From Thermofilaceae archaeon (GTDB lineage Archaea; Thermoproteota; Thermoprotei; Thermofilales; Thermofilaceae), in NCBI GenBank assembly GCA_038727095.1, contig JAVYWK010000004.1, forward strand, positions 23,802 through 87,801: a DNA stretch of 64,000 bases, read 5' to 3'. Under the pieces are notes generated by a model, which was given only the letters and a program-made list of their open reading frames with translations, had not been told where the DNA came from and did not search any database. Made by a program: the position numbers and the translations under genes. Shown in pieces: positions 8,134-17,547 of the stretch; positions within the stretch are counted from its first letter, which is position 1, and every line of letters starts with the position of its first letter.

Positions 8134-11127
8134 ATGAAAGTAACGCTGTCTCTTAGAGAGGCTGCCCAGAGTCTTGTAGTAAACTTGATCGAGAATTTTA
8201 GTGTTCATCCCCTGATAGCACCCTTTCTCCGCACATCTAGAGAGAATCCCCCGCAGCTCTATCTCCATCAACATGAGGTTTTGGCTAGGCTTGCACCTAG
8301 GCTACCGATTAGGGCTCTCATTGCAGATGAGATAGGCCTCGGGAAGACCGTAACGGCAATAGCTGTTATGAAGTACCTTGAAGCCATTGGTAGGGTAAAG
8401 AGGACGCTTATTATCGTACCGAGGGTTCTTGTTCAACAGTGGCGTAAGGAGCTTATCAGAATGGGTATTCCCGCTTCTAGGATATTTCACCTGGAGCGTT
8501 CGACCATCAGGGGGTTGGAGGCGCAGGGGTTCCCTGAGGGGTGCTACATAGCTTCTATGGATCTACTAAAGAGGGAGAGGCACCTTGAGAGGGTTATTGA
8601 TGCTCCGTGGGATCTGATAATAGTCGATGAGGTGCACAGGTTTGGCCACAGGACTGAAAGGTTCTATAACATTGGAAAGCAGCTTATCGAAGCGCACCCT
8701 GAGAGGAATGTCCTATTCCTTTCAGCGACACCTCATAGGGGGGATGCCAGGGATTATATCGAGAGGCTTAAGCTGCTAGACCCCTTTCTAGAGGATTGGA
8801 GGGAGCTCGATCAGAGGAGTTTCTATGAGGCTACACACTCCGCGTTGCTCTTTAGGAGGACGAAGGAGGACATCAACAATGTTTACGAGGGGAAGCGTAT
8901 CTTCCCGCCCGCTCGATTCTATGCATGCTTAGTCGAATCAAGCGATCTGGAAAACAGGTTTGTCGAAGAGTTGGTCCGTTTCCTAAAGAGTAAGCTCGTA
9001 GAACTAGTGTACGAGAAGAGGCTTCTGAACGAGAGGGTTATTCCGCTGTTAACGGTTCTCGTGTTTAAGAGGGCTTCCTCAAGTCCGTACGCAGCTTACA
9101 CTACGATGCAGAGGTTGCTTGCCAGAAGAGCTGGGGTTGACGAACACAAGCTGAGGGGTCTTGTGGCGTCGGTTCGATCCTTCTTTAAGATCGGTTACGA
9201 GGAGTACGAGTACGAAGAGAGAGACCCTGACGAGGTGTTCAACGAGTTCCTTGAGGAAGCGTCGGCGCTGTTGAAACCAGGGGATGTCTCGAAGATAAGA
9301 GAGCTGAGGGATATGGCTGAAAGGATAATGAAGACGCGTGATACCAAGCTAAACGCGCTTTGCAGGCTGCTGGAGTGGGTTTCGGAGCAAGGGTTTAAGG
9401 CTGTGGTTTTCACCGAGTACAAGGATACGCTCCGGTACCTCTACGAACAGCTAACTCTCAGACACCCGGAGTGGGCGAAGGGCATTCTGACGCTGAGCTC
9501 GGAAGAGACTCGCAATGAAGAGGCTTTTCAGAAGATTAAGGAGCGATTCGAAAAGGATCCTAAAGCGTGGCTGCTTATAGCGACCGATGTTGTAGCGGAG
9601 GGCGTAAACCTCCAGGTTGCGAGCATCTTGATCAACTACGAGATCCCCTGGAGCCTCGTTAAGCTTGAGCAGAGGATAGGTAGGGTTTGGAGGCTGGGGC
9701 AGAAGAGGGAGGTTGAAGTCTACACGCTGTTCATGAGGAATGTTGCAGATGAGGCCGCCCTGAATGCCATGTACGTTAAACTCCTTAACTTGAAGAGAGC
9801 CGAGCTCAAGCCGAAACCCTTTACGGGAGAGGAGATACTGGTGTACAGCGAGGATAGGGAGATCTTCGAGGCGCCACCGCAGGTTGTGGTTGAAACAAGG
9901 AAAGGGAGGAAAGCTTTCAAGAGGGTTACGGAGTACAAGACCATCCAGACGTTTATCAAAGAGGGTAGTAAGGGGCTGGAAAGGCTGGTAATGAGAATTC
10001 TCGCAGCTAAGCAGGAGATCGAGAAGGAGTTGAAGAGTAAGGGTGTTCTCTACTTGCCTAAAACTAGAGAGGAGGCTGAAAGGGCACCTGGGGCTCTTGG
10101 CTTCAGAAATCCTTCCGTCCTTATGGAGGCGATGAAACGGCTGGTTAAGGGAGCGGCCCCACTCTTGGGTTTAACAGTTCAAGAGAGGGAGGGGGGCGCT
10201 CTCAGTATCGCTCATGGTGTTGAGATGCCAACAACCCTCTACACTCTCGACGACTTTTTCGGCCTCTTTCGCGCAAAGAGGGGGGCGCCTCCTGTAACCA
10301 TTGTCTCTTACGGCGAGATGAGCGATGAGCTTCTACTATTAAACGTGAAAGTAACGTGTAAGGGCATCCCGATTTACTGCGAACCCGTAGGGGTTTACCG
10401 CAGAAGCGGTAGAGTTCTGAGAGGGGAAGAGCTAATTCTCGATGTCTCTAAGGCTCTTTCCAGTTGCATCGGGGTTTCCGAAGAGGATGTGCCAAACCTT
10501 TCGGTTAACCTAATGGCCCTTATTGAATCCAGGGTTAAGAGCTCTCTGAGCAGCATATTATCTCCTTGGTCTGATTACAGGTACAAGCTCGTAACGAGAT
10601 GCCTTCGCGACCGCGATACGTGGTTCGATACGCACGATTACGTTTTTGAATTTTCCAGACCGTTTGGCTGCATAAAGTTCGTTGAGATACCGCGCGGTGA
10701 GAAAATCGAACTTCCTGAGGAAGTTAAGCGGGAAATTGAAAAGAAAGCTGTTGAATTAGTGCTAAATTCTGAAAGGGAGGAAGGAAGAATAGCGGAAATT
10801 GTTCCAGAAAGCGAGCATTATGACGTTAAAAGCATAGATCCGAGAAGCGGTGAGATTAGAAAAATTGAGGTAAAAGGTCATGCTGGCCCCGAGATTTACG
10901 GCGAGCTCACGAGCTCTGAAGCCGAGCTCGCTAGAAGGGAGAGGGATAGCTATTGGCTTTACATAGTCTACGATATCATGAGCGGTTCACCAAAGCTCCT
11001 TCGCTTCAGGAACCCGCTAGAGACGATGAATTGGAGGGAAATCGAAAAGGTTGAGACGAAAATCGAGAAGCGAGTTATACTTTGGCCTAGGAGCACAACA
11101 GCGTACGGTGAGGTGGGCCGTGGTTAA
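8134..11127 (+). CDS. SNF2-family helicase with C-terminal DUF3883 (PD-(D/E)xK) nuclease
   Basis: 'LIADEIGLGKT', 'IVDEVH', 'LSATPH', 'FRRTKE', 'TDVVAEGVNLQ', 'EQRIGRVWRLGQ'; C-terminal 'HYDVKS...IEVKG...LTSSE...YWLYIV'. Confidence 0.93.
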   Translation: MKVTLSLREAAQSLVVNLIENFSVHPLIAPFLRTSRENPPQLYLHQHEVLARLAPRLPIRALIADEIGLGKTVTAIAVMKYLEAIGRVKRTLIIVPRVLVQQWRKELIRMGIPASRIFHLERSTIRGLEAQGFPEGCYIASMDLLKRERHLERVIDAPWDLIIVDEVHRFGHRTERFYNIGKQLIEAHPERNVLFLSATPHRGDARDYIERLKLLDPFLEDWRELDQRSFYEATHSALLFRRTKEDINNVYEGKRIFPPARFYACLVESSDLENRFVEELVRFLKSKLVELVYEKRLLNERVIPLLTVLVFKRASSSPYAAYTTMQRLLARRAGVDEHKLRGLVASVRSFFKIGYEEYEYEERDPDEVFNEFLEEASALLKPGDVSKIRELRDMAERIMKTRDTKLNALCRLLEWVSEQGFKAVVFTEYKDTLRYLYEQLTLRHPEWAKGILTLSSEETRNEEAFQKIKERFEKDPKAWLLIATDVVAEGVNLQVASILINYEIPWSLVKLEQRIGRVWRLGQKREVEVYTLFMRNVADEAALNAMYVKLLNLKRAELKPKPFTGEEILVYSEDREIFEAPPQVVVETRKGRKAFKRVTEYKTIQTFIKEGSKGLERLVMRILAAKQEIEKELKSKGVLYLPKTREEAERAPGALGFRNPSVLMEAMKRLVKGAAPLLGLTVQEREGGALSIAHGVEMPTTLYTLDDFFGLFRAKRGAPPVTIVSYGEMSDELLLLNVKVTCKGIPIYCEPVGVYRRSGRVLRGEELILDVSKALSSCIGVSEEDVPNLSVNLMALIESRVKSSLSSILSPWSDYRYKLVTRCLRDRDTWFDTHDYVFEFSRPFGCIKFVEIPRGEKIELPEEVKREIEKKAVELVLNSEREEGRIAEIVPESEHYDVKSIDPRSGEIRKIEVKGHAGPEIYGELTSSEAELARRERDSYWLYIVYDIMSGSPKLLRFRNPLETMNWREIEKVETKIEKRVILWPRSTTAYGEVGRG

Positions 11128-12325
11128 TGTCAGGGTGCTGAGTGGGAAGGGTCATGTTGGCGGAAACTTCATTAGGGTGGAGGATGGAGATCGAGTACTG
11201 ATATTCGATCAGGGTATAAGGTTCGACGTTTTAGCTCGCTACTACGGCGGCTTCATTGCGCCTAGGAGCCTACACGAGCTTCGGGAGGTTGGCGCGATAC
11301 CCAAAGCCGAATGGTACGCTGGCGCTTCAGCAGTGTATATTTCCCACATGCATCTGGATCATCTGGGCCTGCTCGCGAACATACCCGCGAAGGTTAAGGT
11401 TTACATTCCAAGCCTGAGCGTGTACGAGATCTTGGAGGAAAAGTGGCGGGATTCGCCCACTTGGCTTTCGATGGTTCCTAGGAAATACTACGTGGAACTT
11501 GAAGAGGTAAGACCCCTAGAAGCGGACGAGAATAACGTCATGCCGCTGCCCGTTTCTCACAGCGCATACCCGGCGTACGCATTCCTGTACTTCGGGAGTG
11601 ATGAAACAGTGCTGTATACGGGCGATTTCAGGGTTGAGGGCTTTCACTCTGATGAGCTGTGGGATCGTCCATTGATGCTGGATTATCTCAGCGAGAATCG
11701 GGACATCAGGGTCGATAGGTTGGTGATAGAGGGTACGAACTTAGGCGTTCACAGGTCTCCCATATCTCCGGCTGAGGAGGAATCCATGTTCAAGAGGATA
11801 CTATCTGTGCACTCTCTCGTCGTCACAACTATGCACCCGCTTGACGCAGAGTACGCGCTCTTCGTAGCCAGTCTCGCAAGAGATTACAATAGACCCCTCT
11901 ACATAGCATCGGATGAGATTGCGAAACTGGTTGAACTAACCGATTTGCCTACAGACGCGATGATTCTCGATAAGTATGTGAAAGCGATGTCTCGCCTAGA
12001 AAGGGCTGAGGTTGCCGATATTGGGGATAGCGCGCTGATCATCGCGCCCTACAGCAGAATTGTGGATCTACTGAGGGATTTACGAGCAGAAGGCAACTTG
12101 CCGCCTAACGCTGCAGTTACACTCTCGGAGCCGGAACCGCAGGTTGAGGAGGCTCAGGAGTACGGTGCACTCATGAACTGGTTCGCCAAGCTAGGTGTTC
12201 AAAGTTACGCAATGAGGGTTTCAGGCCACTACTACCCTTACCAGCTGAACAAAATCGTGAGAATATTAAAGCCGAAGGAAATCGAACTAGTGCACAGCAC
12301 TCGTACAAGTATCAGCCACGCGTGA
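11120..12325 (+). CDS. MBL-fold beta-CASP (RNase J-like) nuclease
   Basis: 'VGGNFI', 'FDQG', 'ISHMHLDHLG', 'VSHSAY', 'YTGDFR', 'IEGTN', 'VSGH', 'LVH'. GTG start with GAGGTG site overlaps the helicase stop. Confidence 0.88.
   Translation: MVNVRVLSGKGHVGGNFIRVEDGDRVLIFDQGIRFDVLARYYGGFIAPRSLHELREVGAIPKAEWYAGASAVYISHMHLDHLGLLANIPAKVKVYIPSLSVYEILEEKWRDSPTWLSMVPRKYYVELEEVRPLEADENNVMPLPVSHSAYPAYAFLYFGSDETVLYTGDFRVEGFHSDELWDRPLMLDYLSENRDIRVDRLVIEGTNLGVHRSPISPAEEESMFKRILSVHSLVVTTMHPLDAEYALFVASLARDYNRPLYIASDEIAKLVELTDLPTDAMILDKYVKAMSRLERAEVADIGDSALIIAPYSRIVDLLRDLRAEGNLPPNAAVTLSEPEPQVEEAQEYGALMNWFAKLGVQSYAMRVSGHYYPYQLNKIVRILKPKEIELVHSTRTSISHA
12160..12235 (+). repeat. 76-bp direct repeat, copy 1 (in the 3' end of the MBL gene)
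   Basis: Matches 12737-12812 at 73 of 76 positions. Confidence 0.92.
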
Positions 12326-12659
12326 CAGGCCTCCAGTAATCTCTTCCTGGGTACTCGATGATCCAAAGAACCCTGCTCGCTGGAGGCTTGTCCCGAGGGA
12401 TGCGCTGGAGCGGCTTGGGGTTCGAGTGCTGCCCGGTCCTCAGAAGCTGAGTGGGGAGGTTGTGGGCGCTCTGAAGGGTCTCCTGACTGTGCGTGTATCG
12501 CCGTAGCGCCCGGTTAGAGGTTGAAGTTTAGATCTGCACTAAATTGTTTCTCTGTTTTTCCTAGCGGATGGGGGTGGGGAGGCAGGGTGCTCGATGGGGG
12601 TTTTGCGCGTGGGTTCGCCGCTGTTTTCACGTGATTAGGCTTTCAAGTTAGGGGGTAGC

Positions 12660-12734
12660 TTGGGGTATTTTTCGCCTGAGCCGAAGAGGAGTAGGGAGGA
12701 TTTCTTCGATATGGAGCAGGAGCTGCGGGTTTAG
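12660..12734 (+). pseudogene. N-terminal remnant of an archaeal ATPase (Arch_ATPase-type)
   Basis: Reads MGYFSPEPKRSREDFFDMEQELRV*, matching the 'FDPxPKxxREDLFDRExEL' start of crenarchaeal ATP-binding proteins. It stops where the MBL repeat begins. Confidence 0.6.
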
Positions 12735-12736
12735 GG

Positions 12737-12928
12737 GTACAGTGCACTCATGAACTGGTTCACCAAGCTAGGTGTTCAAAGTTACGCCATGAGGGTTTCA
12801 GGCCACTACTACGCTCACGAGCTTAGGCGCTAGAGCTGATTAGGCCGGAGGGCATCATCCCTGTTCACACTGAGGCCCCAGATCTGTTGCTTGACTTGGC
12901 CAGGAGATTTAGAACTTGGTTTAGCTAG
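12737..12928 (+). pseudogene. Orphan alternative 3' end of the MBL nuclease (contains repeat copy 2)
   Basis: YSALMNWFTKLGVQSYAMRVSGHYYAHELRR, then after a frameshift LELIRPEGIIPVHTEAPDLLLDLARRFRTWFS*, which carries the beta-CASP 'IPVHTE' motif. Confidence 0.8.
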
Positions 12929-13095
12929 CTAGCTCCACCTCAAGGTGTTTGACGCGGTAAAGTGCGCGCTCTTCAATCTGTTTTGTGAACTCGACGCTGT
13001 CGCGGTTGGGCTCTATAGAAAATTGAACTTGTCTCCGTAGGTTGCTGGAAGATCGATTAGACTCAGCGGCGCAGTTTTTAAGTGAATGGTCTGGG

Positions 13096-14325
13096 TTAGA
13101 AGAATGAGTCGAGTTTATCTGATTTTGGTTTAAATTGTTCAGTTAGTTTGTTTATTCTCTTGATACTTTCAGCATCTTCTCTCAGTGACTTTTTGCTTTC
13201 TAGGTAATTGCGTGAGCTCTCGAAGGGACCCCATGCGCCTTCTTTGAGCGACTGTTGCAGTGTGAGTGCTTCACTGATGATGAGCTTCGCGTTGAAGCTT
13301 CGAATCCTTTTTGGTAGATTTCGGTCGTGAGGTTCTTCTGCGTCTTCGAGCAATTTCTGTAGCTGTTCTTTCTCGCGCGTTGAAAGGGCGTGCTCTGATA
13401 GTGCTCGTGGGAGAGAGACGTAGGCGTAGAAGTTCCTGCTTAGTATCTTTAACCTTTCTTCGAATTTTTTCTCCTTTTTGGATTTCTCTATTACTTCTCC
13501 GGGAATCGGTATTCTCTTATGGTTGGCTGCGTACGCATCTAATCGTACGAAGTACGATGCCAGGTCTCTTGCTGGTAACTCATCGTACTTTAACGCTAGT
13601 TTACTATACTTCACGTTTAGACCAAGGATGGCGACTGGTTCGCCTGTCTCGGCTTCGATGGCTCTAGCGAACCTTAGGATGAAGTTGTGGAACGTGTATC
13701 TGGATATTGGGTTTGACCCGTTGTAGTCGACGCATAGAAGGTTTGTTAGGTATCTTTCATTCTCGTTTGCGAAGCTCATGTACAGTTCTATGAGCTTTTC
13801 GAGGGTTTCGCGCGAAATGAACGGCGGAATCGTCAGAGCCACGTGAACCCCGTGTGTAGTTATTGCTTCGAGAAACTCCCTCGTAAAGCCGACGATGAAC
13901 TTCTCGTTAGACCGATGGAACGCGGGTGTGGCGACTACACCTGCTCTAGGGTTCGCTACTAGGTCGGCTGCGTATGTGCCGTAGGTGCGTATTTCGCTGT
14001 CTTCGCTGTAGTTACCCTCAAACAACGGTGTTATTACGACAAGCTGGTCTGCGGGTATTCTCCTGATTTTCCTGTTGATGCGCTGTTCGAAACGACGCTG
14101 GAGTGCCTCATCCTGCCTCATCCGTTTTAGAGCATCCGGTCTAAGTATGATGGGGATCTCGATTAAGCCCCTTAGATCTCTTTCCGTAACAACTACTCCG
14201 TCAATTTGGGAGGGGCTTACGGCGAAGCTTGGTGTACTGAAGGAGCTTGTACGATGTTTAATCTCGAGAGAGCGCGCAAGCGTGTCCGTGTCTTCTCTCG
14301 TGAGCTTGATGCTTATACCCGCCAT
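13096..14325 (-). CDS. Hypothetical protein, possible TGT/DpdA-like TIM barrel
   Basis: 409-aa ORF. Its start 'DTLARSLEIKHRTSSFSTPSFAV' resembles the TGT start 'xARxGxLxTxHGxIxTPxF', and the sequence alternates beta and alpha elements. The fold call is inference. Confidence 0.6.
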   Translation of the reverse strand: MAGISIKLTREDTDTLARSLEIKHRTSSFSTPSFAVSPSQIDGVVVTERDLRGLIEIPIILRPDALKRMRQDEALQRRFEQRINRKIRRIPADQLVVITPLFEGNYSEDSEIRTYGTYAADLVANPRAGVVATPAFHRSNEKFIVGFTREFLEAITTHGVHVALTIPPFISRETLEKLIELYMSFANENERYLTNLLCVDYNGSNPISRYTFHNFILRFARAIEAETGEPVAILGLNVKYSKLALKYDELPARDLASYFVRLDAYAANHKRIPIPGEVIEKSKKEKKFEERLKILSRNFYAYVSLPRALSEHALSTREKEQLQKLLEDAEEPHDRNLPKRIRSFNAKLIISEALTLQQSLKEGAWGPFESSRNYLESKKSLREDAESIKRINKLTEQFKPKSDKLDSFF

Positions 14326-14401
14326 AACAGATCGGCCTTTGCAATTGAGTTGGTGAGCAACGAGTAAAATTTAGAAGTTTCGCGTGGACGGAGCGGGTGA
14401 G

Positions 14402-15055
14402 ATGGGCAGTAAACCTCGCAGGAGGATAGATGCTAAAAGGGTTCTCGCGCAAACCCGGGAGGTTGCAGAGCCTGACTTGCTGGATTGGATTCTAGCTTTT
14501 TTCTACGCGAGTGAAGGCACGGTTCCCTCGAGAGTGCATCTGCAGAAGGCGCTTTTCATCGCGTCAAAGCATCTTCGTGATCTCGCTGAGGTTGCCGAGT
14601 TCAAGGCGTATAGGATGGGGGCGTGGAGCGATAGCGTTCATGACGCGTTGGAGCAGGCTCTAGCGAACGGGTGGGTTACCGAGCGGATGGGCCAGTTAGA
14701 ACTCTCGGAGTTGGCGTACGATAGAGCGAGATCATCGTGGCATTTGCTCAGCGAGAAGGATAGGAGCGTTCTCGGGGAGATCGCCCGCTTCATTAAGGGT
14801 ATGGATCGGGATGAGCTGCTGCTCTACACCTACCTGGTGTACGGTGGAGGAGAGAAGTCCGATGTGATCGATCGGCTGCTCAGGAGGCGAAGGGAGATAG
14901 CGGAGAGTTTGCTCGTGAAGGGGTTGATCTCCACCGGGCTGGCCGCAGAGCTCGCCGGGATGCCCTACACCGAGTTCGTAGACCACTTGAGGAGGAAGGG
15001 TGTCAAGCCGTTCACAGTTGACGCAGGAGACGTTGATGCAGCGGCGAGCCTCTAA
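14402..15055 (+). CDS. Antitoxin fusion: Panacea/SocA-like (DUF4065/YwgA) domain plus UPF0175 HTH
   Basis: 'SRVHLQKALF...FKAYRMGAWSDSVHDAL...GWV' followed by 'ISTGLAAELAGMPYTEFVDHLRRKGV'. Overlaps the PIN gene. Confidence 0.75.
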   Translation: MGSKPRRRIDAKRVLAQTREVAEPDLLDWILAFFYASEGTVPSRVHLQKALFIASKHLRDLAEVAEFKAYRMGAWSDSVHDALEQALANGWVTERMGQLELSELAYDRARSSWHLLSEKDRSVLGEIARFIKGMDRDELLLYTYLVYGGGEKSDVIDRLLRRRREIAESLLVKGLISTGLAAELAGMPYTEFVDHLRRKGVKPFTVDAGDVDAAASL

Positions 15056-15563
15056 GAAGTACGTCCTGGTAGTTGACACGTCGGTTCTCATAAGCCTACA
15101 CGAGCTTGGGTGCGTTGAGCTTCTAGAGAATCTCTCGAGCCTCCCTTTCGTAGATGTAGTCTTACCTGACACCGTTATGAACGAGCTTGCTAGAGCGAGA
15201 ACGCGAGTTCGCCTTTCGCAAGGATGCATACGCACTGAGCGAGCTGTGGTGAACACTCTACCCGATGATATCCCTAGAAGGCTGGGCAGAGGAGAGCGAG
15301 GAGTTATCGCAGTAGCTTACGAGCTTACGCAGCGCTCCGGAGCAATTGTCGTCGCGGTCACAGATGATGGCCAAGCGAGAGCTAAGTGTGAGAGGATAGG
15401 CGTGAAGGTTCACGGGACATTAGGGCTTATTGAGCTAGCCAAGAAGTGGGGGATTGTGACAAAGGAGGAAGCTTTACGAATTTTGGATCAAGTCCCTGGT
15501 ACGAAGCTCCACATAACTGTTGATGTTTTGACGATAGCGAAGGAAAAAATCCAGTCCCAGTAA
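15036..15563 (+). CDS. PIN-domain protein, DUF3368 family
   Basis: 'VVDTSVLISL', 'PDTVMNEL', 'LGRGERGVIAVA', 'TDDGQAR', 'VHGTLGLIELAKKWG'. Confidence 0.88.
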   Translation: MQRRASKKYVLVVDTSVLISLHELGCVELLENLSSLPFVDVVLPDTVMNELARARTRVRLSQGCIRTERAVVNTLPDDIPRRLGRGERGVIAVAYELTQRSGAIVVAVTDDGQARAKCERIGVKVHGTLGLIELAKKWGIVTKEEALRILDQVPGTKLHITVDVLTIAKEKIQSQ

Positions 15564-15634
15564 GTACAGGAAGAGTGAAGGGCTAAGGCTGGAAAGAGCT
15601 TGAAAATGATGCTTATAGTTAGGGGGGTGACTTG

Positions 15635-15694
15635 GTTAGGGGGGTAGCCTCTTCGGAGCCAAAGAGGTAGGAGGGGATTTCTTCGATATGGAGC
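15635..15694 (+). repeat. Degenerate second copy of the ATPase 5' remnant
   Basis: GGATTTCTTCGATATGGAGC is identical at 12698-12717 and 15675-15694; both copies are preceded by GTTAGGGGG(G)TAGC and GAGCC.AAGAGG. Confidence 0.75.
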
Positions 15695-15828
15695 GGGTAT
15701 TATTCGGAACCAGATCGACTTGGGTTTCCTCGAGGAGAGGGATTACGGCTAGGAGTAAGAGGGGGCTAGCGGCTCTAGTTAGTAGTACGCTTACCTTTGT
15801 GCGCTCCGGAGTGCTGAGCAGGTGCGTT

Positions 15829-17211
15829 TTATGCGGGAAATTTCTTCTTGATTACGACGTACGTGATGGCTGCGGCGGCGAGGGCTGCAGTTGAGGCTAG
15901 GGCTAGGATTGCGAGGTTCTGGAGGGTTTCCCCGGTTTTAGCGGCTGAAGCTTGGCTTAAGCCTACGTACTCGTTCGATCCTGCTACGAATTCGGGGTGG
16001 ACTCCGGTTACGCATCTTACGAGGGTTGCTCCCGGTACCTGGCTATAGGGGGTCCAATCGCCCTCGTACCAGACGAGCCGCTGGTTCCAGCCGGCGTAAC
16101 CGAGTTTCGCGGCTGCAGCGATTAGGGCTGTATCTGCCGGCTCCAAGCCGGAGACCACCCTGTTCTCGACCAGCCACTCCAGCTCGGCCTTCAGGGCTGC
16201 TTTCACCTCATCTTCGCTAACCTGCTCCGCGAGCGTTAGCCTCGAGTCGACGGTTTCCACTAACTCGCACTTCCGGATGAGCTCCGCGCCCAGGCTGATC
16301 GCCTCGAAGAGCTTCTCCAACCCCCCTTTCACTTCGCTCAAGTCGGCTGCCCCCTCGATGGTGATTTGGCAGAAGCCACTGCTCGAGCTTACGCGAACGG
16401 TGGCTCCACCGATCCTCTTCGTGAGAACTCCCTCCTCAAGCTCCCACCCTAACTCGCGGGGGAGGGGCATCCACGGTGTACAGCTGCACTCTATGTTTAA
16501 CCGCTCCACTGTGAGCGTGGTTTGAGTTGAAGTGGACCAGCTTAACGTGAGGGTGACCTCGTACGCTCCCGGTTTGACCAGCATCGGGGCATCGTAGCCC
16601 GGGATCAGTACGAGGATTCTGGCGCAACCTTCTCCCACGCTGAGCAGGCAGGGCATCGAGATTCTGTACTCGATACCTCTCTCAACTTCTTTCAGGAGGA
16701 GGCTGCCGCTGACGATGAGGCTCGCGTTCCCCTCGGTTTGCGCGGAGAGCACGGGTTTGAACTTCAGGTAGCAGGACGAGTTGAGGGTGAGCGTGCCTAA
16801 CGCTACTTCGGCATCCCCCTCACCGAGCGATACTGGCAGGCTGATGCTCTCCCTGAGATTCGAGTGGCAGGGTGGCGGTATGGAGCACGTGAGGGTTTTG
16901 TACTCCCTCCACGCGACTGGTGCCTGCACTCTAACGGCTAGGTGCTTCGCATCATCGTTGACCCTCTGCTCGGAGAGCACGACGATCAGCCGTGAGTCGA
17001 AGTGGCTTCGGTAGGCGTACCCAATGCCGTTCGCGTACTCGATCTCGCTCGCACCGGTGAGCTTGCTCAAATCGTACTCCACACCGGGCTTGTTCAATAC
17101 AACTTCTACAGCGTAGACATCCGCTGGACTGAAACAGGCAACCGCTAACTGCAGCGTTAAAGCGGTTGTAATCAGGATCACTGCTAAAGCGATCTTCCCA
17201 TCCGCTCCCAT
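15829..17211 (-). CDS. Cys-rich surface protein resembling the heavy-Cys/CGP-CTERM family
   Basis: Signal peptide, then 'ACFSPADVYAVEVVLNKPG', 'YRSHFDSRLIV', 'ELEWLVENRVVSGL', 'AKLGYAGWN'; C-terminal TM helix plus KKK. Confidence 0.75.
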   Translation of the reverse strand: MGADGKIALAVILITTALTLQLAVACFSPADVYAVEVVLNKPGVEYDLSKLTGASEIEYANGIGYAYRSHFDSRLIVVLSEQRVNDDAKHLAVRVQAPVAWREYKTLTCSIPPPCHSNLRESISLPVSLGEGDAEVALGTLTLNSSCYLKFKPVLSAQTEGNASLIVSGSLLLKEVERGIEYRISMPCLLSVGEGCARILVLIPGYDAPMLVKPGAYEVTLTLSWSTSTQTTLTVERLNIECSCTPWMPLPRELGWELEEGVLTKRIGGATVRVSSSSGFCQITIEGAADLSEVKGGLEKLFEAISLGAELIRKCELVETVDSRLTLAEQVSEDEVKAALKAELEWLVENRVVSGLEPADTALIAAAAKLGYAGWNQRLVWYEGDWTPYSQVPGATLVRCVTGVHPEFVAGSNEYVGLSQASAAKTGETLQNLAILALASTAALAAAAITYVVIKKKFPA

Positions 17212-17547
17212 TTTAGCTCTAGATCCCTATCCAAGTCCCCATAAAAAGACAGGAGTTCTGAACAGAGTGTTAACACCTGTAAACGCTCCTTTAACAGGTA
17301 GCCCTAACCCTGCGGCAACTGATGCGAAAGTGCGATATCCTCTACCCCTTTATCGGTTTAATCGCGCCCTACCGAGGCCGAGAACAGCCGATCCAAATAC
17401 TGGGGAGTAGCGTGCAGCTGAGGTTAAGATGGGGGCATCGTCGGGGTTATTCTAAACAGTTTTCGTAAACTTTCGGGTAGTACTGATGCTCAATCAAACA
17501 TGCAGTATGTTTATAAGTAGATTAACCCTATAAAATGGGCGTAAAGA

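Noticed and set aside
1630-11127. Canonical BREX or type III restriction-modification system
   Set aside because: No PglZ, BrxA/B/L or Res/Mod signatures; the motifs fit the DUF1156/DUF499 restriction-like class.
11120-12325. Beta-lactamase resistance gene
   Set aside because: It has beta-CASP nuclease motifs and sits in a defence operon.
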